NCBI GenBank assembly: GCA_030603365.1
Contig: JAUVXV010000003.1
Location: 301,494-365,493, forward strand
DNA from: Candidatus Heimdallarchaeota archaeon
GTDB lineage: Archaea; Asgardarchaeota; Heimdallarchaeia; Heimdallarchaeales; Heimdallarchaeaceae
DNA length: 64,000 nt
Reading direction: 5' to 3'
In this document: positions 30,622 through 39,299 of the stretch, piece after piece
Layout of the letters: every line of letters starts with the position of its first letter
Position numbering within the stretch: position 1 is the stretch's first letter
Position numbers and translations under genes: made by a program
The notes under the pieces: generated by a model
The model's database searches: none
The model's input: only the letters and a program-made list of their open reading frames with translations
Told to the model about the DNA's origin: nothing

Positions 30622-31287
30622 ATGAACAGCAGAAAAACAGAAAACTGTCTTTTAATAGTCTTTGATTTTGATGGAGTACTTGCAGATTCAAAAGACGCAT
30701 TTGCTCTCCAAATGCAAGATACTATTAAGTTTTTCACAAATAAATTGATACCTGAAGAAATTTTTAAGGAACGTGTAGGTAATACTGATCAAGGTCAAGA
30801 TTTTGTTGAATTTTTAGGTTCTAATGATCCGCAACTAATTGATAAAGCAATCATTCAATATGTTTCTTTAACCGAGAAATATGCCTATCTTCGTAAGTTG
30901 TATCCTAATGTTCGAGAAACACTAGAAACTCTTAAAAAAGATCATATTATTGGTATAGTTTCAAGAAAATCACAAGAGCGTATGGAAAAGTGGTTACATC
31001 ATTTTAAAATTACTCATTTGTTTGACAGACCTATTGGGACACTCGAAAATTCTAAATCTAATGCTATTTTACAGATCATGAAAGAATTCAATATACCTCC
31101 TGAAAGAACAATCATGGTAGGAGATACAGAATTTGATGTTTTAGGAGCAAAAGATGCAGGCGTGCATTCTGTAATTGCACTCTATGGTGCTGCTAATCCT
31201 GAAGAAGTATTTGCTTTATCCCCAACATACTCAATCAATTCCATAGAGGAAATAATAAAGATTGTAGAACAACATCTAGACAAATAG
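30622..31287 (+). CDS. HAD-family phosphatase (phosphoglycolate phosphatase-like)
   Basis: FDFDGVLADS, VSRK, K, MVGDTEFD. Confidence 0.92.
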   Translation: MNSRKTENCLLIVFDFDGVLADSKDAFALQMQDTIKFFTNKLIPEEIFKERVGNTDQGQDFVEFLGSNDPQLIDKAIIQYVSLTEKYAYLRKLYPNVRETLETLKKDHIIGIVSRKSQERMEKWLHHFKITHLFDRPIGTLENSKSNAILQIMKEFNIPPERTIMVGDTEFDVLGAKDAGVHSVIALYGAANPEEVFALSPTYSINSIEEIIKIVEQHLDK

Positions 31288-31332
31288 ATAAATGCCTTGC
31301 ACAAATTTAAATAGATGAAATCAATTCCTCGA

Positions 31333-32142
31333 ATGATGAAAGTAGGTTTTCTCCAGTTTGGTCCAATCCTTAAGCAAGTTGAAGAAAATATTGATAAAAT
31401 CTCAAAAATTATTTCCACAACTGGAAACTTCGATTTATTAGTAATTCCTGAATTAGCTAATTCTGGATATGTTTTTGTTAATAGGAGTGAACTTGCTGAA
31501 GTAGCAGAGGAAATACCAAATGGTTATTTTGTTGAGAAATTGACAGAACTAGCTAAAGAAAAGGACGGTTACATAGTTAGTGGAATTTGTGAAAAAAAAG
31601 GAGAAACTTTCTTTAATTCATCAGTATTAGTCGGTCCAGAAGGATATATTGGAAAATATAGAAAAATTCATCTCTTTGATAGAGAGGAATTGTTTTTCCA
31701 ACCTGGAGACGGTGAGTTTCGATTATTCAATGTAAGGGGAATGAATGTTGGTCTCTTAATCTGCTGGGATTGGATTTTTCCAGAAGCAACAAGAAGTTTA
31801 GCATTACAAGGAATGGATATTCTCGCTCATTCTACTAATTTGGTTCTATCATACTGTCAGAGTGCAATGATTACTAGATCAATTGAAAATCGAATATTTA
31901 CTATAACATCAAATCGTACAGGTTTTGAAAAGAATGGAGAATTTGAACTCCATTTCAAAGGACAAAGTCAAATTACATCTCCAGATGCAAAAAGATTGGC
32001 TCAAGCTGGGACTGATACAGAAGAGCTTCAATTAGCTGAAATCGATGTAGAGAAAGCAAGAAATAAATGGTTAAGTGATAGAAATCATATTTTTGAAGAT
32101 AGAAGACCTGAAAAGTATAACAAATTAATAGGAAAAAAATAA
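31333..32142 (+). CDS. carbon-nitrogen hydrolase (nitrilase superfamily)
   Basis: Catalytic triad motifs IPEL, YRKIHL, ICWDWIFPE. Confidence 0.93.
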   Translation: MMKVGFLQFGPILKQVEENIDKISKIISTTGNFDLLVIPELANSGYVFVNRSELAEVAEEIPNGYFVEKLTELAKEKDGYIVSGICEKKGETFFNSSVLVGPEGYIGKYRKIHLFDREELFFQPGDGEFRLFNVRGMNVGLLICWDWIFPEATRSLALQGMDILAHSTNLVLSYCQSAMITRSIENRIFTITSNRTGFEKNGEFELHFKGQSQITSPDAKRLAQAGTDTEELQLAEIDVEKARNKWLSDRNHIFEDRRPEKYNKLIGKK

Positions 32143-32175
32143 ATTTAAACAATAATAATAATCTGAGTTGAACTC

Positions 32176-33078
32176 ATGAAAACTACTCAACCAAAAGAAA
32201 GCAAAGGAACATATATTCCGCATAAGGCAGCTGCTGAATTTAAACCTACAAAGGATTGGACCATTGAGGAAGCAGCTAGTTTGTATGATGATAGGATTTT
32301 TACTTTCGAAGTTGATAGGATTCATTTTGAAGATTGCATAAAAGGTATGAGCGAACTTCCTTCCGAATGTATTGATATGTTGATTGCAGATCCTCCTTTT
32401 GGTCTCAATTTCGGAGGTATGGAACCTCTTTATAACAGAGATAGTAACTTTGTTGCTGAAGGTTACAAAGATGTTCAACTAGAAAATTATTCATCTTTTA
32501 CTGAAAAATGGATTAGTGAAATACCTAGACTACTCAAAGATGATGCTGGAGTGTGGATTTTTAGTGGTTGGACCAACCTAGTCGATATTTTAAATTCACT
32601 TAAAGATAACAATCTGAAACTGATTAACCATATTATATGGAAATATCAATTTGGAGTCTTTACTAGAAAAAAGTTTGTTACGAGTCACTATCACGTTCTC
32701 TTTGCAGTAAGAAATGAGAAAAACTACTTTTTCAATAAGATTGAACATTATCCTGAAGATGTATGGAACTTTAAAAGAGAGTATGAAAGAGGAGTAAAGA
32801 AAAACGCAACCAAACTACCAATAGATTTAGTCCTAAGATGTGTAGATTTTGGCAGCAAACCAGGAGATGTTATCATAGATCCATTTATGGGAAATGGAAC
32901 TACTGCTATTGCAGCAAAAGGTTCTTTCAGACATTATATAGGTTTTGAGATAAATAATGCTTTAGAAGATATTATTAACAAAGGACTGAACAAAACAGAA
33001 TTAGGACAACACTATATTCCTTATTCAGAGAGACCAGATGATCTCGTTCTCAAAGCAAGAAGAAAATTTAAGTCCTAA
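32176..33078 (+). CDS. beta-class N6-adenine/N4-cytosine DNA methyltransferase (orphan)
   Basis: ADPPF catalytic motif precedes the DPFMGNGTT SAM-binding motif. Confidence 0.9.
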   Translation: MKTTQPKESKGTYIPHKAAAEFKPTKDWTIEEAASLYDDRIFTFEVDRIHFEDCIKGMSELPSECIDMLIADPPFGLNFGGMEPLYNRDSNFVAEGYKDVQLENYSSFTEKWISEIPRLLKDDAGVWIFSGWTNLVDILNSLKDNNLKLINHIIWKYQFGVFTRKKFVTSHYHVLFAVRNEKNYFFNKIEHYPEDVWNFKREYERGVKKNATKLPIDLVLRCVDFGSKPGDVIIDPFMGNGTTAIAAKGSFRHYIGFEINNALEDIINKGLNKTELGQHYIPYSERPDDLVLKARRKFKS

Positions 33079-33098
33079 GGTCTATTATCATTCATGGT

Positions 33099-33314
33099 TT
33101 ATTCTTTGGAGTATTTGAAACTAAGTTTAACTCTAGCTCTATATGCAATAATCAAACCATCTTTTATCCTTGCGTCTAGTTTATCTACTTCTACAATTCT
33201 TAAATCTCTAAGACTTTTCGAAGCTTGGGCAACAGCTGCTTGAACAGCTTCTTCCCAATTGTTTGGTGATGAACCTACAAGTTCTATTATTTTGTATACT
33301 TTATCCTCTTCCAT
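33099..33314 (-). CDS. dodecin (flavin-binding)
   Basis: VYKIIELVGSSPNNWEEAVQAAV...YRARVKLSF. Confidence 0.93.
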   Translation of the reverse strand: MEEDKVYKIIELVGSSPNNWEEAVQAAVAQASKSLRDLRIVEVDKLDARIKDGLIIAYRARVKLSFKYSKE

Positions 33315-33529
33315 TTTTTTCACTTTCTAAGTTCTCTAGATTATGAAAGAGTTTGAAGATTTATTTAAACATTTGTTACTTTTTTACTTGAAATATCAAA
33401 AGTTATAGTCCTGCATAAATTTACTAAATGGAAAGGTCAATTCTAGAACTAGGGCTATCTTAAAATAATAGATTTTACAGAAGGTGTCTAAAAATTTATA
33501 AGAGTTAAGAGTTTATGCACAGTGAACAT

Positions 33530-34225
33530 ATGAAGAAGAATCGAATAATCATAATTTTTTTGTTGATAATCCTCTTTACAAATACTCTAGGGGTAGTATC
33601 AGCAGATTCACAGATATTAAATGTTATTCGAAATTTGTCACCAGATACTTACAGCCAGAATTTTTTTTCTATAGTAAATAAATCAAAAGTGACTATAGAA
33701 ATAACTGCTTCGCTACCTGTTAACTTGAGAATATGTGATTATGGAAGGTACTCTCTTTATGATAGTGGATTAATTCTTGAACCCCAGTGGTATTCTGAGA
33801 AAAATGGAATTACTTCAGATACAATAAAAATAAATCTTGATGAAGGAATTTATGAAGTTATAATAATAAACGAAAATCCTGATAATTGTCCCATTCTTTT
33901 GATTTTATCATCAGCTGAAATTTCTGGATTATTTGGATCAAATATAGTATATGGTGTTATTGGAGTAGCAGTCCTTGCATTCATTATCATAGCTTCTAGT
34001 TTCTATACAAGATCAAAAAAGAGAGATGTATCACTTTATCAGGATTTAGATAAAAAAATTCTTCAGACAGAAGATCAGCAGCTTTTGACACCACAGGATG
34101 GTACGGGTTTAATAATAGTTGAAGAACATCCGAAAACTGCTCTTTCTGTTATCGAATGTGTTGTATGTGGAGAGATAAATGAGCCAGATTCTGCATTCTG
34201 TGAAAAATGTGGAAATAAAATCTAG
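33530..34225 (+). CDS. single-pass membrane protein with cytoplasmic C-terminal zinc ribbon
   Basis: Signal peptide, beta-sandwich-like ectodomain, TM, CVVC-x10-CEKCG. Confidence 0.8.
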   Translation: MKKNRIIIIFLLIILFTNTLGVVSADSQILNVIRNLSPDTYSQNFFSIVNKSKVTIEITASLPVNLRICDYGRYSLYDSGLILEPQWYSEKNGITSDTIKINLDEGIYEVIIINENPDNCPILLILSSAEISGLFGSNIVYGVIGVAVLAFIIIASSFYTRSKKRDVSLYQDLDKKILQTEDQQLLTPQDGTGLIIVEEHPKTALSVIECVVCGEINEPDSAFCEKCGNKI

Positions 34226-34249
34226 AACTGAAGGAAGCATAGTTAGACT

Positions 34250-35629
34250 CTAGAGAAATTCCTTCACTAAATTGTAATATACATTAAGTGATAGTTCTAA
34301 TGATTTTAGATCTATTCTCTCATCTATTCCATGTACTAGATTCACAAAGTGTTCCATTGGCATATCAGGATTGTATAGAGCAAACCCGTAAGTATCTATA
34401 TACTGTCCTCTAAGATATCTTCCATCTGTAGCTCCCATAGCTATTAAAGGAACAAGTTTAGCATTAGGGATTTCGTGTTCTATTGCTTTTTCCATTGCAT
34501 CAACAAATATAGACTGAACTGGGCTTTCAGTTCCTAGAGACTTAATCCCTTCTTCAGTTGAAGCATCAACTATTTCAGTTTCATCAGCAAGTTTACCAAG
34601 TGCTTTTCTGAGGTGGAAAAGAACATAATCGTCATCTTGTCCTGGTAATGTTCGAATATCTAATTCTACCTCTGCATTTGCTGCAATAATATTAGTTTTA
34701 GTACCTCCTGAGACGATATTAGGTGAGATAGTCATACGACTCAAACTATGAATGAACTTAGCCATATGTTGATTCTTTTTGTTTAACAATTTCAATGCAA
34801 TTGGTAAGAATTTCTTATTAGTAATTATTAATCTTACCAGAAAATTCATGTTTAATCCTTTAACAAGATTCCCTATATATTCCGCATTTACTGGCATTTT
34901 CTTATCACAATAATTGGTCAGAAGCAATGCTGCTCTAGATGCTTTAAGAACGGCATTATCTGCAGAAAAAGGCATACTACCATGTCCTGGTGTTCCTTTG
35001 AAGATTAGTTTTTTCCATATAGCTCCTTTTTCTCCATTAATGAAAATGAGTTTACCTTGAGCTATTGATATACCGCCAGATTCAGTTACAGCATACATTT
35101 TTTTCTTATTGATATTTAACATCTCTGGGTGTTTATCTATTACCCATTTTGCTCCATAATCACCTCCGCATTCTTCATCTGCAACAATAAACAGAATTAG
35201 ATCTCTTTTTGGTTTAAATCCCTCATGATGAAGTTTGCAGAAAGCTTGGACTTGGGTAGCTACCATAAATAGCATATCTAGAGTTCCTCTTCCCCACACA
35301 TATCCGTCTTTAATTTCCGCACTAAATGGTTCAACTGTCCATTTTTCTGGTATTGTAACTGGAACAACATCAACATGACTAGGACCAAAGATTAATCCTG
35401 GATGATTTTCATCCTTCCCTTCAATCCTTGCCACTAAATTACCTCTATTGGGTGCAGATTCAAAAACTTCACATTTAATTCCTTTGTTGTTAAGAAATTT
35501 CTCAATCGTTTTGATTGATTTCATCTCATTTCCTGGTGGATTAACACATTTGTTTTTGACTAGTTCTTGAAGAAGAGCAATAGTTTCATTTAATTCTACA
35601 GAATCCTTGGAGACATTCATTGATTTCAT
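34250..35629 (-). CDS. M20/M25/M40 metallopeptidase
   Basis: SHVDVVP, GRGTLDM, ADEE, TES, ATDGR, HGIDE. Confidence 0.92.
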   Translation of the reverse strand: MKSMNVSKDSVELNETIALLQELVKNKCVNPPGNEMKSIKTIEKFLNNKGIKCEVFESAPNRGNLVARIEGKDENHPGLIFGPSHVDVVPVTIPEKWTVEPFSAEIKDGYVWGRGTLDMLFMVATQVQAFCKLHHEGFKPKRDLILFIVADEECGGDYGAKWVIDKHPEMLNINKKKMYAVTESGGISIAQGKLIFINGEKGAIWKKLIFKGTPGHGSMPFSADNAVLKASRAALLLTNYCDKKMPVNAEYIGNLVKGLNMNFLVRLIITNKKFLPIALKLLNKKNQHMAKFIHSLSRMTISPNIVSGGTKTNIIAANAEVELDIRTLPGQDDDYVLFHLRKALGKLADETEIVDASTEEGIKSLGTESPVQSIFVDAMEKAIEHEIPNAKLVPLIAMGATDGRYLRGQYIDTYGFALYNPDMPMEHFVNLVHGIDERIDLKSLELSLNVYYNLVKEFL

Positions 35630-35717
35630 GGATAAAAGGCTATAATTAAAGTTAACGGGATATATATTCTGTTTAATAGCAACATTGATATGAAAATATC
35701 CAGAATAAATCAAAAGG

Positions 35718-36476
35718 GTGGAAAAAATTACATCTTTAGAAAATCAAGTTGAACAAGTAGCTAAGTTAGTATTTGAATCAAAATATCTGGTTGTTTTTAC
35801 AGGTGCTGGAATAAGTACAGAATCAGGACTAGCTGATTTTCGTGGAAAAGATGGATTATGGACTAGAAGGGATAAAGGTCTTCCTCCACCTAAATCTAAA
35901 CATTTCGATGAAGTTGAACCTAATGCTGGCCATCGTGCAATAGTTGATTTACAAGAAATGGGTTTACTTAAGTTTCTTCTCTCTCAAAATGTTGATAATC
36001 TCCATCTTAAGTCAGGAATAAAACCAGAGCTTATTGCCGAATTGCATGGTAACTATATGCTGATGAAGTGTATAGATTGTGATACGAGATATACTAAAGA
36101 AAAGATTGGATGGGATAGGGATGTTCATGGTAGAGGTTTTAGAACTGAACAACATGAACCTAATCAACCTCTATGTCCAGAGTGCCAAGGACGAATAATC
36201 ACTTCTGTTGTGAATTTTAATGACCCAATGCCTGAAAAAGAAATGACTATTTCAAAAGAACATACACTGAAGTGCGATTTAATGATTGTTGTAGGTTCTA
36301 GCCTAGCTGTTCAACCCGCTGCTGGTTTTCCTCTCAAAGCCAAGAGAAATGGTGCAAAATTAGTAATAATCAACATCGATTCAACACCTCTTGATAACAA
36401 AGCTGACATAAAATTAGATGTTGAAGCAGGAGAGTTTCTCACAGAAATTGTGGCAACAGTCAAAAAAATGTTTTAA
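35718..36476 (+). CDS. Sir2-family NAD-dependent deacylase, SIRT6/7 (class IV)-like
   Basis: GAGISTESGLADFRG, SQNVDNLH, AELHGN, CxxC/CxxC zinc domain, VGSSL, IIN. Confidence 0.93.
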   Translation: MEKITSLENQVEQVAKLVFESKYLVVFTGAGISTESGLADFRGKDGLWTRRDKGLPPPKSKHFDEVEPNAGHRAIVDLQEMGLLKFLLSQNVDNLHLKSGIKPELIAELHGNYMLMKCIDCDTRYTKEKIGWDRDVHGRGFRTEQHEPNQPLCPECQGRIITSVVNFNDPMPEKEMTISKEHTLKCDLMIVVGSSLAVQPAAGFPLKAKRNGAKLVIINIDSTPLDNKADIKLDVEAGEFLTEIVATVKKMF

Positions 36477-36540
36477 TCTACTTTCTTCCTTTTTAATGAG
36501 TGACAAATGCTTATATATTGGTGTTATTTAGCTTCATTGA

Positions 36541-36556
36541 TTCACAAATTTGTGAA
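36541..36556. promoter_or_regulatory. perfect 16-bp palindrome (candidate operator)
   Basis: TTCACAAATTTGTGAA between the ttatata box (36511) and the downstream start codon. Confidence 0.5.
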
Positions 36557-36576
36557 AAATGAAGGAAGTTGAAAAA

Positions 36577-38166
36577 ATGAAAGCAAAAAAAACACTATTT
36601 CCATTATCAGTACTGTTAATACTTATAATGATTATTCCAACTGAAGGTGTAAATGCAGATATTATTATCATTTCTGACCCAGATGATCTTGCTCCCCCTG
36701 ATTTAGCTTATTTGGATATAACTCCAGATACAGTTGACACTGGTTCTTCATCAGGATTGGTAACATTTACCTTACAGATTACTGACGAGATGTCAGGATT
36801 CAGTTATTTGATAATGTATCTTAAAAGCCCCTCACTACAGCAATCTTATTCTATTCAAGTCAACTGGCAATATCCTGTTTCAGGAGACGAATTTGATGGA
36901 ATTTATCAACGTGCTTTTGCATTTCCACAGTATACAGAATCAGGTACTTGGAAGATAACTCAAATATATATTAGAGACACAGTAAGTAACACCCGAATTA
37001 TAAATACCCAAGATATAATAGATCGAGGTTTTAGTCCTTACATCTTCATAACAGGAGGACCTGATTTAGCTGCACCAATGTTACTAGATTTACAAATCGA
37101 TCCTGACACAATCGATGTTAGTCAATATGCAAAAAGAGTGAATTTCACATTCCGTGTTACTGATGACATTGCTGGATTTTATTATTTAATTGTTTATGTC
37201 AGAAGTCCATCAAATAAGCAATATAGATCTTTCCAGGTACAAGAAAGGTACTATCGGATATCAGGAGATAAATTTGATGGAATATATAATCGTACATTTC
37301 AATTTAATGAACACCATGAAGCAGGAACGTGGCGAATAACTCAAATCGTTCTCTATGATTATGTTAGGAACTATCGATACATTACAGAGCAACAAATGAT
37401 AGATGCAGGTTTTGAGACTAGAATTGAATTCATTTCTGATCCTCATGATATCTTAGGTCCAGTTTTGGAAGATTTAGAAATAGACCCAAGAGTAGTAGAT
37501 ACTAGCGCTGGTCCCCAGATAATTTGGTTTACATTAAATGTATCTGATCACCTTGCAGGACTCTATAATACAATGTTACGGATTGTGAGCCCATCAGGAG
37601 CTCAACAATGGAGTAAATCACGTTTGGCTAGATATTCCATATTTTCTGGTGATATCTTCTTGGGACTTAATAAACTAGGCATTATATTACCTCAATATTC
37701 AGAAACGGGAACATGGAAAATAACATCAATTTGTCTCTATGATAATGTCACGAACCGACGGTGTTATGGCTACCAAACCTTAATTGATCTAGGATTCAAT
37801 CCAGACGTAGAAATAGTTGATACAGCAGAAGCGATAGTTGACTTTGATCCTAACACTTTGAATCTACTAAGTGAAGGAGTGCCAGTTACAGTTTATATAG
37901 AACTACCAGTTGATTCTGACTATACTGTACAAGATATTGACATAAGGACTATTCTACTGAATGGATTAATATCGATACTATATTACCCATATTCTATAGG
38001 TGACTATGACCAAGATGGAATACCTGATTTAATGGTTAAATTTGACAGATCCGAGGTACAGAATATTTTGGATGTAGGTAAAGAAATCGAAATAACTGTA
38101 TCGGGACAATTTACGAACGGTGCGAGTTTTGAAGGAATAGATATAATAAAAGTTATGAGTAAATAA
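36577..38166 (+). CDS. secreted protein with three tandem ~125-130-aa Ig-like repeats
   Basis: Signal peptide; 3x D..P.L..L.I.P..VD...F...V/ITD..G...SPS...E.GTW.IT.I...D...N; C-terminal DGIPDLMVKFDR domain. Confidence 0.85.
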   Translation: MKAKKTLFPLSVLLILIMIIPTEGVNADIIIISDPDDLAPPDLAYLDITPDTVDTGSSSGLVTFTLQITDEMSGFSYLIMYLKSPSLQQSYSIQVNWQYPVSGDEFDGIYQRAFAFPQYTESGTWKITQIYIRDTVSNTRIINTQDIIDRGFSPYIFITGGPDLAAPMLLDLQIDPDTIDVSQYAKRVNFTFRVTDDIAGFYYLIVYVRSPSNKQYRSFQVQERYYRISGDKFDGIYNRTFQFNEHHEAGTWRITQIVLYDYVRNYRYITEQQMIDAGFETRIEFISDPHDILGPVLEDLEIDPRVVDTSAGPQIIWFTLNVSDHLAGLYNTMLRIVSPSGAQQWSKSRLARYSIFSGDIFLGLNKLGIILPQYSETGTWKITSICLYDNVTNRRCYGYQTLIDLGFNPDVEIVDTAEAIVDFDPNTLNLLSEGVPVTVYIELPVDSDYTVQDIDIRTILLNGLISILYYPYSIGDYDQDGIPDLMVKFDRSEVQNILDVGKEIEITVSGQFTNGASFEGIDIIKVMSK

Positions 38167-38239
38167 CTTTTCTTTTTCTTTTTTTTGGAAATCTATAAAT
38201 ATCATTATTGACTAATTACTTGATTAGGGGTTTAAACCA

Positions 38240-39199
38240 ATGAAAAGAAAAAATGTTTTATTACTAGTATTATTGTTAACAAGTTTAATTCTTATATTTC
38301 AAGTGAAGAGTGTTTTAAGTGCTTCTTTCACAGAATCTGTGATTGCTAATCATTCAACCGTAAATATTGTTCGTTATAATCAAATTCCTGATTCTGTCAT
38401 AATTAACGCAAAGAATACTCTTCATATTGCATATCAGCATACAAGTCATGGATCTCAGATAACAGATGCCATGAGTGCTCTTCCAGCTTTCAAAGAAGGT
38501 AATGGAGGAACAGCAGGGTTGTATGCTTATAATAGTTCTTTTCTTCACGATTATGCAATGCCTTCAGTAGGTGATGTTGGTTATCCTGGATGGGATGATG
38601 CAACTAGAGATTATCTAGATGATTCAGCAAATTCTGATTGTAATGTTATTATGTGGAGCTGGTGTGGTCAAGCTAGTTCCCAAACAGAACAGAGCATGAT
38701 TGATTATTATTTGGCACCTATGACTCTATTAGAATCAGAGTATCCTGATGTAATGTTTGTGTATATGACAGGTCATGTTGATGGAACAGGATTGGAAGGA
38801 AATTTACATCTGAGGAATGAGCAGATCAGAGATTACTGTACAGATAATAACAAGATACTATTCGATTTCGCAGATATTGAATCCTATGACCCTGATGGAA
38901 ATTATTATGGAGATAAATATGTCACTGATAACTGTGGCTGGAATGATGGTGTTGATTCTGGAAACTGGGCATTAGATTGGCAAGCTTCGCATACAGAAAA
39001 TGTAGATTGGTACAGCTGCAGTTGTGCTCACAGTCAAGCTTTAAATGGAAATCAAAAAGCATATGCTATTTGGTGGCTATGGGCTAAACTTTCTGGATGG
39101 GAAGTCACAATTACCGAAGGACTTGCTTCATTGTCTCTTGCTGGATTTCTAGTGATTTCCTTAATCTCTATATCAGCAAAAAAGAAACATAAAAAGTAG
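38240..39199 (+). CDS. secreted, TM-anchored protein (uncharacterised HTSHGSQ / MWSWCG family, possibly SGNH-like)
   Basis: Signal peptide, HTSHGSQI, MWSWCGQ, YMTGH, FDFADIES, CAHS, C-terminal TM plus KKKHKK. Confidence 0.75.
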   Translation: MKRKNVLLLVLLLTSLILIFQVKSVLSASFTESVIANHSTVNIVRYNQIPDSVIINAKNTLHIAYQHTSHGSQITDAMSALPAFKEGNGGTAGLYAYNSSFLHDYAMPSVGDVGYPGWDDATRDYLDDSANSDCNVIMWSWCGQASSQTEQSMIDYYLAPMTLLESEYPDVMFVYMTGHVDGTGLEGNLHLRNEQIRDYCTDNNKILFDFADIESYDPDGNYYGDKYVTDNCGWNDGVDSGNWALDWQASHTENVDWYSCSCAHSQALNGNQKAYAIWWLWAKLSGWEVTITEGLASLSLAGFLVISLISISAKKKHKK

Positions 39200-39219
39200 C
39201 TTTTACTTACTTTTTCTTC

Positions 39220-39238
39220 TTGATGGTAAAACCATCAA
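39220..39238. promoter_or_regulatory. perfect 8-bp inverted repeat (operator or hairpin terminator)
   Basis: TTGATGGT-aaa-ACCATCAA followed by a T-run, between the upstream stop and the TPR gene promoter. Confidence 0.45.
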
Positions 39239-39299
39239 CTTTTTTATTATATTATTCAACTTACTATTAAGAGAAGGGTAATAAAATAAGTAGACATAA

